Source: Planctomycetota bacterium | GTDB lineage: Bacteria > Planctomycetota > SZUA-567 > JAFGGJ01 | NCBI GenBank assembly: GCA_016930595.1 | Contig: JAFGGJ010000042.1 | Location: 51,517-115,516, forward strand | Direction of reading: 5' to 3' | DNA: 64,000 nucleotides | Shown here: positions 1 through 7,943 of the stretch, one piece after another | Layout: each line of letters starts with the position of its first letter | Position numbering within the stretch: position 1 is the first letter of the stretch | The notes under the pieces: model-generated | The model's database searches: none | Seen by the model: the letters and a program-made list of their open reading frames with translations, nothing else | Told to the model about the DNA's origin: nothing | Position numbers and translations under genes: made by a program

Positions 1-973
1 GGATCGTCCCGGCAATTGGACGCAGCGTCAGCTTGCCTTCTTCGACGCGTATCATCACTTCCGGGCTGGACCCCACCAGCGTTACCTCGGGAAAACTCAG
101 GTAGAACATGTACGGCGACGGGTTCACGAACCTCAGCGTGCGGTAGACTTCGAACGGATCCGCCCCAGTTTCCACTTCCAGCCGCTGTGACAGCACGGTC
201 TGGACTATGTCCCCCGCCCGGATGTATTCCACCGCTTTCTCCACCGCGGCTTCGTACCCCTCCTTCGTGAACGAAGACTTGAATCCTGCCGGCTCCGACG
301 GCGGCGGCGTGGGCCGTATCGCCTCCGGGCGCGCCTCCGCCAGCTTCTCTATCACGGCTTCCACTTTCGCGCATGCTCCGGCGTACGCCTCTTCCTCCCA
401 CAGGCCGTCCGTCCGGGCGTACGACACCACCTTCACCGTGTTCCTGAACCGGTCGAATATCACCAGCGACTCATAAAAACCCAGCAGGATGTCCGGCAGG
501 CCCATGTCGTCCGCCGGGGCATCCGGAAGCTTCTCTATGTACCTCACCGCGTCATACGCTATGTAGCCGACTGCTCCGCCGCTGAAACGAGGCAGTCCGT
601 CCACGTGCGCCGGCCTGTGTCTTGCGGCTATTTCGGCCAGCGCCCCGAACGGATCCACGTTCTCACGCCGCGCATTCACCCCCTCGCGTTCCGTCTCAAC
701 GTAGCCGGAGCTCGCGCGGAAAACCATCGACGGGTCCACACCTATGAACGAAAACCTGCCGATCTTCTCCTCGCCTTCGACGCTTTCCAGCAGGAACCCG
801 TACCCTCCGCTCCCGGCAAGCGCCTGGAATGCCAGCACGGGCGTGAGCGCGTCGGCGAATATTTCCTTGTATACCGGGATCATGTTGGCGGACCCGGCCA
901 TCCGCCGGAATTCTTCTATCGTCGGCCTGTACACGGGGGATGCTCCTTTCCCAACTGGTCGGTTTCGCTTCAT
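1..973 (-). CDS. trpE: Anthranilate synthase component I-like chorismate-binding enzyme, partial (C-terminus lies beyond the left window edge)
   Basis: My reverse-strand translation gives MKRNRPV...MIPVYKEIFADALTPV... then ...FEVYRTLRFVNPSPYMFYLSFPEVTLVGSSPEVMIRVEEGKLTLRPIAGT. The NPSPYMF and RPIAGT blocks are hallmarks of TrpE/PabB chorismate-utilising enzymes. The ORF track omits it because the ORF is open at the window edge. Its start ATG at 973..971 overlaps the stop of the upstream small ORF (ATGA). Confidence 0.65.
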   Translation of the reverse strand, partial: MKRNRPVGKGASPVYRPTIEEFRRMAGSANMIPVYKEIFADALTPVLAFQALAGSGGYGFLLESVEGEEKIGRFSFIGVDPSMVFRASSGYVETEREGVNARRENVDPFGALAEIAARHRPAHVDGLPRFSGGAVGYIAYDAVRYIEKLPDAPADDMGLPDILLGFYESLVIFDRFRNTVKVVSYARTDGLWEEEAYAGACAKVEAVIEKLAEARPEAIRPTPPPSEPAGFKSSFTKEGYEAAVEKAVEYIRAGDIVQTVLSQRLEVETGADPFEVYRTLRFVNPSPYMFYLSFPEVTLVGSSPEVMIRVEEGKLTLRPIAGTI

Positions 974-1302
974 TCCGCGGGCGGGATTGTCAGTATCGAC
1001 TCTTCCTTCCTGCTCATCCGGGCCGCCTGTTCCTTCATGTCCTCCAGCACCATCAGGTAGGCCGCCCTGAATACAACCTCCGACCAGTTGACGGCGTCGC
1101 GCCACACGCTCGGGTCAGGATCCTCCCTGCCCGATGCCTTGAGTATGTCCTCAAGGTGCTCGGCGCGCGCCAGAACCCCCGTTACGTACGGATGCAGCAG
1201 CTCTTCCGCCCTCCCTGCGTCATCCGGCATGCCCCCGCCCGCCTCCGCCATGAACTGCGCGGTGCCGTTCATTATCAGTTCAAGATATGTCTTTCTGTCC
1301 AT
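970..1302 (-). CDS. Hypothetical small protein (110 aa) translationally coupled to trpE
   Basis: In-frame Met (MDRKTYLELIMNGTAQFMAEAGGG...) inside track ORF 970..1599. The upstream part of that ORF overlaps gene 1311..3386, so the start is placed at 1302. Stop overlaps the trpE start (ATGA). No recognisable motif. Confidence 0.4.
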   Translation of the reverse strand: MDRKTYLELIMNGTAQFMAEAGGGMPDDAGRAEELLHPYVTGVLARAEHLEDILKASGREDPDPSVWRDAVNWSEVVFRAAYLMVLEDMKEQAARMSRKEESILTIPPAE

Positions 1303-1310
1303 GTCCGCCG

Positions 1311-3386
1311 TCAATGGCCCGTGCCGAGCGCGTCTTTCAGCGCCTTCGCACGGTTCTTCGCCGTGTCCCCGAACTTGTTGTCCCCCAGCGACTCCGCCGC
1401 CCGTTCGTAGTCCTCGGCCGCCCCGTTCAGGTCTCCTGATTTCTCCTTCGCCTGGGCCCGCCAGAACCGCGCCACCCCCAGCGAATACGTGCTCTGGCTG
1501 CTCCTTATCGCTTCCGTCAGCCTGTTGATCGCCGTCCCGTACAACTCCCGCCCCCCGCTCTCCAGCCCCGCAAGCTGTACGTACGCTATGCCCGCCCACA
1601 GCAGTTCATCCGAACTCTCCGGTGGCACGGCGATCGCCCTCTCGAGGTTGCTTACCGCTTCCCTTATTTCCTCCGCCGCCCTTTTCGGGTCCGTCGCCAG
1701 CATGTCCCTGCCCCGGTAGTACCGCACCTTCCCGATGTCCTGGTACACGCTCCCGTCCTGCGGCCTCAGCGCCAGCGCCCTGTTCAGATCCTCCAGCGCT
1801 ACGGAATAATTCTTCTTCTTGGAATAGTACCGCCCGCGAAGAGCATACGCCCTGCCGTTCTGCGGGTCCTTGAGCAGTATCCCGTCGAGCTGTCCCAGCG
1901 CCCTGCTGAGGTCTTCCTCCCTGTTGCTGTTCAACAGCCGCGCCACTTCGTCCAGTTCCTTGTCCGCAGTCGTTTCCTGCGGCCCCGGCGCCGGAGTATC
2001 GGTTCCGGTCCCGGGACTCGCCGCCGACCTCCCCGTCGTCCCGCCGGTGCCCGTCTCCACCACCGCCGGCAGATCCGGCACGCTGGACACCATTCCCACG
2101 TCGAACGTCGCCCTCGACTGCGGCGCAATCGAGTCTATCACCAGCGGCACCCTGCTCGTCGCCGATGCCCTGTTCCCAAGGGCGTCGACCGCCGATACGC
2201 GTACCATCACCCTGTTCGAATTCGCACGCGGCAGCGTCCAGTTGTAGCTGCCGTCGTTCGGCTCATCCTTGGCTATCGGGAACCACGAAGCCCCGCCGTC
2301 CACTGTGTATTCTATGTTGATCGGCCGGTCCCCCATGTTGTCGTCCGTCGCGTTCCAGCGGATCTCCTGCGTCTCGCCTCCCTTGTAGGCGCCGCTCGTC
2401 ATCGTCAGGAGCTCCACCGTCGGCCCCCTGTCGTCTATCACCGTCACGATCTCCGGGCGCGTCCCCTGCCGGGGCGGTACCGTGCTGTTTCCCACCCTGT
2501 CCGTCGCCTGCATGAAGAACCCGTACGAGCCCCCCTGCTCCACGCTGAATTCCATCGGGCTCTGCAGATCCTTGTCCACCCCGTAGCGGTTCCACGTCAG
2601 CCCGCCGTCCCTGGTGTACCACAGCACCACCGACCCCAGCCCCGCCCCGCCGATGTCCTCTGCCTCGTACGTTATGTTGAACTTGCTCGCGGCACTTACC
2701 TTCGGCCCCGTCAGTTTCACCTGCGGCGCCCTGCCGTCCACCACCAGGGGTATCTTTGTCAGCGCCTGCCCCACGTTCCCGGCAAGATCCCTGACCACCA
2801 CCTTCACAAGGTATCTTTCCGTCGCCGCTCCGGGCAACGGCAGCACCGCGCTCCCCGAATTCCCTATCGCCTGCTGGGCAACGGTCCACGTGTTGCCGTC
2901 GTCGCTCGACAGCATCAGGTCCACGCACTTGCTCCCGAGGTTCGCGTCGCTCGCGGCCCATCTCACGTCCACGTTCGTGCCGGGCCCGTAGACCTGCCCG
3001 CCCGCCGGACTGTCGAGTCTCACCGCCGGCGGCGTCGTGTCAACCACCGCCACCGCCTCCGGGATCGCCCCAGGCTGCGGCGGGTTCTCTCGGTTGCCCA
3101 CCTTGTCCGTGGATACGATCACAAACCCGTACACCCCGTCCGATGGCGCCTCGAACAACACCGGCGGCGTCCGGTCCTCGTCACGGCCCCACAGGCTGTA
3201 CGTCTTGCCTCCGTCCGTGGTGACCCATATCTCCACGCTGCTCAGCCCCGCCAGGTTTTCATCCACGTTGTATGAAATGTTGAACCGCCGCTGTCCCACG
3301 ATCTTCTGCTCCTGGCTCTCCGCCCTTACCGGCGCAGCCAGCAGCGTCGTGCACAGCACCAGCAGGCTGATAGTCTCCCATTTCAC
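1311..3386 (-). CDS. Secreted multi-domain protein: signal peptide, four Ig-like modules each carrying an Asp-box (TDGGKTYS, SDDGNTWT, TRDGGLTWN, TVDGGASWF), C-terminal TPR repeats
   Basis: 691-aa ORF with N-terminal signal MKWETISLLVLCTTLLAAPVRA. Repeated about 100-aa modules each have an S/T-x-D-G-x-T-W/Y Asp-box. C-terminal 250 aa is helical with TPR-like periodicity (ALRGRYYSKKKNYSVALEDLNRALAL...). Confidence 0.7.
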   Translation of the reverse strand: MKWETISLLVLCTTLLAAPVRAESQEQKIVGQRRFNISYNVDENLAGLSSVEIWVTTDGGKTYSLWGRDEDRTPPVLFEAPSDGVYGFVIVSTDKVGNRENPPQPGAIPEAVAVVDTTPPAVRLDSPAGGQVYGPGTNVDVRWAASDANLGSKCVDLMLSSDDGNTWTVAQQAIGNSGSAVLPLPGAATERYLVKVVVRDLAGNVGQALTKIPLVVDGRAPQVKLTGPKVSAASKFNITYEAEDIGGAGLGSVVLWYTRDGGLTWNRYGVDKDLQSPMEFSVEQGGSYGFFMQATDRVGNSTVPPRQGTRPEIVTVIDDRGPTVELLTMTSGAYKGGETQEIRWNATDDNMGDRPINIEYTVDGGASWFPIAKDEPNDGSYNWTLPRANSNRVMVRVSAVDALGNRASATSRVPLVIDSIAPQSRATFDVGMVSSVPDLPAVVETGTGGTTGRSAASPGTGTDTPAPGPQETTADKELDEVARLLNSNREEDLSRALGQLDGILLKDPQNGRAYALRGRYYSKKKNYSVALEDLNRALALRPQDGSVYQDIGKVRYYRGRDMLATDPKRAAEEIREAVSNLERAIAVPPESSDELLWAGIAYVQLAGLESGGRELYGTAINRLTEAIRSSQSTYSLGVARFWRAQAKEKSGDLNGAAEDYERAAESLGDNKFGDTAKNRAKALKDALGTGH

Positions 3387-3505
3387 GACAGGCCTCCCTT
3401 CGCATCCCTTACATTATATCAGGACGCCGCCCGGTACAAATGCAAACCTACCCCCTGTTGCCCCGACGCGCACCGTTCCTGCCCTTTTGCCGGCGAAGAC
3501 GTTAT

Positions 3506-3513
3506 TGTATAAT
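3506..3513 (+). promoter_or_regulatory. Candidate extended -10 promoter element (TGTATAAT) upstream of the HD-GYP gene
   Basis: Sequence ttattgTGtATAATggcggggggag lies directly 5' of the predicted start and follows the 138-bp intergenic gap after gene 1311..3386. No clear -35. Coordinates approximate. Confidence 0.3.
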
Positions 3514-3531
3514 GGCGGGGGGGAGTTGCCC

Positions 3532-5391
3532 GTGCAGAGAATCAAGGTTTCCGACCTGAGGCCGGGAGCGCGTTTCAGCGCACCGCTCTTCGGCCTTGAC
3601 GGCGAAGTCATTCTCCTGGCATACCAGGAGATCGATCCCGTCACCTTGCGCGCACTGCGCGGCGCGGGCGTTGACGTCCTCTGCCTCTGTGAAGCCCCGG
3701 AGGACGCCATGAAGCTCCGTACCGGCGTCCAGCACGACGCCGTGTCCGTCGCCGACCTCGAGCCCGGCAAGCGCCTCGACTGCAACCTCTATTCCGATAA
3801 CGGCAGGATACTCCTCGCCGCCGGCCAGCGCGTCCAGCAGGGCCATCTCGACCTCTTCGAACGCCGCAATATACGGTACATCTTCCGCTACCACAGCGAA
3901 GACAGCGTCACCGCCAGGCGTTTCCGCGAGCTTCTCCGCCAGTACACCGTCGAACAGCTCCTCGAGGATCCCGGCGAAAGCGTCCTTGGCATCAACCGCT
4001 ACGGCAGCCCCTCCATCGCCGCCAACTGGGGCACACTGCGCCCCAATGAGCGCGAGCCGGCCCAAATCATCGAGGCACATAAGGTCCACGTCGAACGGCT
4101 CAAGACCGTCGCCGGCGCCCTCCAGGTGCTCCGCCAGGAAGGCCGCCTCGATATCCCCGTCTTCCATGATCTCGCCAGGGATATCGTCGAAGATACCGCC
4201 GTCGACCGCCTCCTACTCCTCGCACTGGCTGGCAACGCCCTTCATGAAGAATACCTCGCCGACCATTGCCTCGGCGTCGCAATCTTCTCCGTCGTCATCG
4301 CCGCCATGGCCGGTTATGCCCCTGAAAACCTCCTCGATATCGGCCTCGGCGCCCTCCTTCACGATATCGGCATGACGGCGCTCCCCGAAGAAATCCTCCG
4401 CCAGCCCGGGCCCCTCAACCCGATGCAGCGCGAACACGTCCAGCGTCATCCCGAAGAAGGCTTCCGCATTCTCAACGATCTCACGGGGCTCGACCGCCAC
4501 GTCCATGCCATGGTCTTCCAAAGCCATGAACGTTACGAAGGCCAGGGCTATCCCAGGGGCCGCAGACAGAAACTCATCCACGAATACGCCCGCATCCTCG
4601 CCATTGCCGACACCTACCAGGCACTGATCACGCCCAGGCCTTACAGGGGCGGGGCACTTCCGCTCAAAGCCATGGAAACCCTCCTCGACTTGACCAAGCA
4701 GCGTTATTTCGACCCCATTCTCATGAAAGTCTTCTTCACCGCCATGGGCCTTTTCCCTGTCGGAAGCTGGGTCAGGCTCAATACCGGCTTCGTCGCACGC
4801 GTCGTCCAGCCGGGCGGCGGCGACTACACCAGGCCCCTAGTCAGCATCGTTTTCGACCGCGAGGGCAAACACCTCGAACGCCCTATCCTCCTCGACCTCT
4901 CCTCCTGCCGCAAAACGCGCATCAAGGAGCCCGTCGATGATGAAGAAGTCGGCCTCGATATCGCCGCCGGCTTCCACTCGAACGGCCCCATCCTGCCCGG
5001 CCTCCGCCCGGAAAAACAGGAAGAAACCGAACGCTGGCTCGTCCCCGACGAACTCATGGACTGGTCGGCCAGCTTCCAGGGCAGCCTCGCCGATATACGC
5101 CTCATCGACGTCATCCAGCTCCTTGACCTCGCCCAGAAAAACGGCATCCTCATCGTGAACGGCCCCGGAAAGGAAGGCCGCATCTACTTCGACGGCGGCG
5201 CGATGGTCCGGGCGGAAATCGGTGACGTCAAGGACGAAGACGCCGTTTTCAGCATGCTCGGTTTCGACAACGGCAACTTCTCCTTCGTCCAGAAATCCGT
5301 CGCCGTCCCGCGCACCGTCAAGATGACCAATACTTCTCTTCTCCTGGAAGCCCTCCGCCGCCACGACGAAAGCGCCCGCTCCGGCGGCTAG
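3532..5391 (+). CDS. HD-GYP domain c-di-GMP phosphodiesterase with C-terminal DUF4388-like domain
   Basis: The track ORF 3037..5391 begins inside the upstream gene. A GTG at 3532 preceded by GGGGGGAG is the likely start. HD motif LLHDIGMTALPEEIL and GYP motif EGQGYPRG are present. C-terminus IRLIDVIQLLDLAQKNGILIVNG...GRIYFDGGAMVRAEIGDVKDEDAVFSMLGFDNGNFSF matches the DUF4388 pattern. Confidence 0.75.
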   Translation: MQRIKVSDLRPGARFSAPLFGLDGEVILLAYQEIDPVTLRALRGAGVDVLCLCEAPEDAMKLRTGVQHDAVSVADLEPGKRLDCNLYSDNGRILLAAGQRVQQGHLDLFERRNIRYIFRYHSEDSVTARRFRELLRQYTVEQLLEDPGESVLGINRYGSPSIAANWGTLRPNEREPAQIIEAHKVHVERLKTVAGALQVLRQEGRLDIPVFHDLARDIVEDTAVDRLLLLALAGNALHEEYLADHCLGVAIFSVVIAAMAGYAPENLLDIGLGALLHDIGMTALPEEILRQPGPLNPMQREHVQRHPEEGFRILNDLTGLDRHVHAMVFQSHERYEGQGYPRGRRQKLIHEYARILAIADTYQALITPRPYRGGALPLKAMETLLDLTKQRYFDPILMKVFFTAMGLFPVGSWVRLNTGFVARVVQPGGGDYTRPLVSIVFDREGKHLERPILLDLSSCRKTRIKEPVDDEEVGLDIAAGFHSNGPILPGLRPEKQEETERWLVPDELMDWSASFQGSLADIRLIDVIQLLDLAQKNGILIVNGPGKEGRIYFDGGAMVRAEIGDVKDEDAVFSMLGFDNGNFSFVQKSVAVPRTVKMTNTSLLLEALRRHDESARSGG

Positions 5392-6332
5392 CCCCGCCCC
5401 TTCCCCGTCGTGCCGCCCGTTATTTTCCCGCCCGCACCCTCCACCAGTTCCACCATCTTCTTCAGGCTCTTCACCGCCGTCCTGTCCAGGTTCTCCTCGC
5501 TCCCCCCGCCGCGCAGCGGCGAACACATCTCGTACGCGGCGTATCCCTTGAACCCTCCGTCCTCCAGCCCGCGGAAAAATTCTTCCAGGCCCAATGCCCC
5601 GTCGCCCAGGGCCACCGCCCTCGCCATGGGCGTCTGCTCACGGTAATACACCAGCCCGGGCATGTACTCGAAACGCCTCTGCACCACGTAATCCGCAAGC
5701 GTCGTCTGGACCATTCGCGGAGCCATCAGCTTCGCGTACCGGTACAGATCCTCCCCGTTCAGCCCCGGCGACCATGGGTCGAACATCGCCTTGCAGCTCC
5801 CGCTCTCCACCTCGTCCATGAATTCCACGTAGCTGTCGCATCCGACGCCTATGTCATGGTGATTCTGCACCCCTATCACCACGCCGTGTTCCGCCGCTAT
5901 CTCCGCACACTCCTTAATCGCCCTTACGCACGTGTTCCAGTCCGCAGAATACGAGTCCGTATCCGTCGAATACCCCGTGAAGACGCGTATCAGCTTCGCC
6001 CCCAGCGCCCGGGCAAGTTCCGCCAGCCGGCCTACGTATGCTGTCTGCATTTCCACGAACGGCACTTCTTTCGCGTGCCACCCGGCGGTGAAGTCGTTAT
6101 ATGCGGCTATCGTCGCAATCTCCACTCCCGCCTTGTCCGCAGCCGCCTTTATCGCCGCCGCCCTTTCCGGCCCGACGTCCAGCGGCGACAGGTGCGGTCT
6201 CTTTCCGCCGATCTCCACAGCGGCATATCCCAGTGTCGCCGCCTTCCTTATGAAATCCTCCACCTCCAGCCGGCACTGCCCCCACGCCCCTGCATAACTG
6301 ACTGAAAAGAGTACCGGTGTCACTTCCATCAT
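5388..6332 (-). CDS. Sugar phosphate isomerase/epimerase (xylose isomerase-like TIM barrel)
   Basis: 314 aa. ...LGYAAVEIGG...VEIATIAAYNDF...LIRVFTGY... is typical of the AP-endonuclease-2/xylose-isomerase-like TIM family. Convergent 4-nt overlap with the HD-GYP gene. Confidence 0.75.
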   Translation of the reverse strand: MMEVTPVLFSVSYAGAWGQCRLEVEDFIRKAATLGYAAVEIGGKRPHLSPLDVGPERAAAIKAAADKAGVEIATIAAYNDFTAGWHAKEVPFVEMQTAYVGRLAELARALGAKLIRVFTGYSTDTDSYSADWNTCVRAIKECAEIAAEHGVVIGVQNHHDIGVGCDSYVEFMDEVESGSCKAMFDPWSPGLNGEDLYRYAKLMAPRMVQTTLADYVVQRRFEYMPGLVYYREQTPMARAVALGDGALGLEEFFRGLEDGGFKGYAAYEMCSPLRGGGSEENLDRTAVKSLKKMVELVEGAGGKITGGTTGKGRG

Positions 6333-6341
6333 CGTTCCTCC

Positions 6342-7067
6342 CTACGCTTCTCCCGTGCCCGGCTCCGCGTCCACAGACATCCCTTCCCTCCCCATCTCCT
6401 GCAGCGCCAGGCGCGCCGCCTTCCGTTCCGCCGACTTCTTACTGCCGGCCTCGGCTTCCCCGTACGCCCGTCCGGCTATCACCGCCCGCACCCTGAACCG
6501 CTTCCTGTGCGGCGGCCCCGACGTTCCGGTCACTTCGTATGACGGCAGCACCCCGTAGAGATTGTGGGCCGCCTGCTGCAGCCGCGACTTGGGGTCCGGC
6601 ACCCTGTACGCCGGATCGTGTATGTGTCCGCCGTACAACCGCAGTATCGCTTCCCTTGCGGCGTCCAGGCCCCCGTCCAGGTACACCGCGCCGACCGCCG
6701 CCTCGAACAGGTTTGCCGCCACCCGGTTGGGCACGTGTGCTCCAACGCCTTTCCCCAGTACCGCTGTGCCGGTCAGTCCGGCTTCCCTGCTTATTGCTGC
6801 CAGCGTCCTCGTTGACACCAGCGCCGACTTCGCCGTCGTTATGTGTCCCTGGTCTGCTGATGCGTTCAGCAGGAACAGCGTCTCCGTTATCACCAGCGTC
6901 AGTACCGCGTCCCCCAGCGTCTCCAGTCTCTCGTTGGGGCTCGGGCCGCCTCCACCCGTCGATGAATGCACCAGGGCGTCCGCCAGCAGCATCCTCTCCG
7001 TGAACTCGTAGTCCAGTATCGCTTCGGCCCGCTTCAGCCTCTCGTCATCGACTTCCATGCGCGACAC
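6342..7067 (-). CDS. rnc: Ribonuclease III
   Basis: 241 aa with the RNase III signature ERLETLGDAVL (ERLEFLGDS-type) and a C-terminal dsRBD-like segment SKKSAERKAARLALQ. Confidence 0.85.
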   Translation of the reverse strand: MSRMEVDDERLKRAEAILDYEFTERMLLADALVHSSTGGGGPSPNERLETLGDAVLTLVITETLFLLNASADQGHITTAKSALVSTRTLAAISREAGLTGTAVLGKGVGAHVPNRVAANLFEAAVGAVYLDGGLDAAREAILRLYGGHIHDPAYRVPDPKSRLQQAAHNLYGVLPSYEVTGTSGPPHRKRFRVRAVIAGRAYGEAEAGSKKSAERKAARLALQEMGREGMSVDAEPGTGEA

Positions 7068-7156
7068 GCTCCCTGTTCCCCGCGGTATTCCTCCCGGCGG
7101 ATCCCCGTACCGCTATAATAACGCCCGTCGCCGTTTTGCCAGCGAAAGGACCCGCC

Positions 7157-7792
7157 ATGCACCCCGCCCGCGAAGACACTCTTGCCGGTTTCCTCAACCG
7201 CGCCGCTTCCGCCACGCCTACTCCCGGCGGCGGCGCCGTGGCGGCGGCGGGTGGAGCTCTGGGCGTTTCCATGGCCCTCATGGCCGCCCGCTTTACGCAG
7301 GGCAAGAAAAAATTCGCCGCCGTCGCAGAAGAAATCGACTCTTCCATACTCTCCCTCGAAACGCTCTCCACCGAACTCCTTGCTCTCATCGACGCCGACA
7401 TGGCCGCCTACGCCGGTGTCGGGGCGGCCTATGCCCTGCCCAAAACGTCCGACGCGGAAAAAGCCTCCCGCAAGGCCGCCGTCCGCAGCGCCTGCATCGA
7501 AGCCGCCGCCCCTCCAGCGGCCATTCTTGCTGCGTGCCTCAAGTCGCTGCGCATTACCGCGCGCCTCGCGGCCATCGCCAACCCCATGCTTCTCTCCGAC
7601 GTCGGTGTCGCTGCGGAAATGCTCTCGGCCGCCGCCGCCGCCGCTTTCCTTAACGTCAAGGTCAACGCCGACGTGATCCGGGGCGACGAAGGCGGCCGTC
7701 TCCTTCAGGACGCACGCACTGCCCTCGCCGAATCCCGTTCCCTCGCCGCCGCAGTATCTGAAAAAATCCTCGGCAACAGCGAGCCCTCCTGA
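7157..7792 (+). CDS. Cyclodeaminase/cyclohydrolase family protein (FTCD C-terminal-like)
   Basis: GGGAVAAAGGALGVSMALMAARFT plus a helical Ala-rich remainder resembles the formiminotransferase-cyclodeaminase / methenyl-THF cyclohydrolase domain. ATG at 7157 is preceded by AAAGGA. The track ORF begins at an upstream TTG at 7136. Confidence 0.55.
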   Translation: MHPAREDTLAGFLNRAASATPTPGGGAVAAAGGALGVSMALMAARFTQGKKKFAAVAEEIDSSILSLETLSTELLALIDADMAAYAGVGAAYALPKTSDAEKASRKAAVRSACIEAAAPPAAILAACLKSLRITARLAAIANPMLLSDVGVAAEMLSAAAAAAFLNVKVNADVIRGDEGGRLLQDARTALAESRSLAAAVSEKILGNSEPS

Positions 7793-7943
7793 TCCCCCGC
7801 ACCCCCGCTTCCTTCCGGGCGCTCCCGTAAACATCTTCTCCTCCCGAAGCGCCTGGCCGGGTTGACAGTCGCCCCGCCTTGGGATACTATTTATCCGGTC
7901 GATGTTCCCAGCCGCACCCGGCTTCCCGAAGGGGATAGACCCT

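Noticed and set aside
16-1070. Plus-strand ORFs 16..270, 207..476, 605..1060, 744..1070
   Set aside because: They are antisense to the trpE-like gene. Compositionally biased (Pro/Ser/Ala/Arg-rich) translations are typical of shadow ORFs in high-GC DNA.
3037-3531. N-terminal extension of track ORF 3037..5391
   Set aside because: It overlaps the 3' end of the convergent/adjacent gene 1311..3386 and precedes a promoter-like TGTATAAT. The start is moved to GTG 3532.
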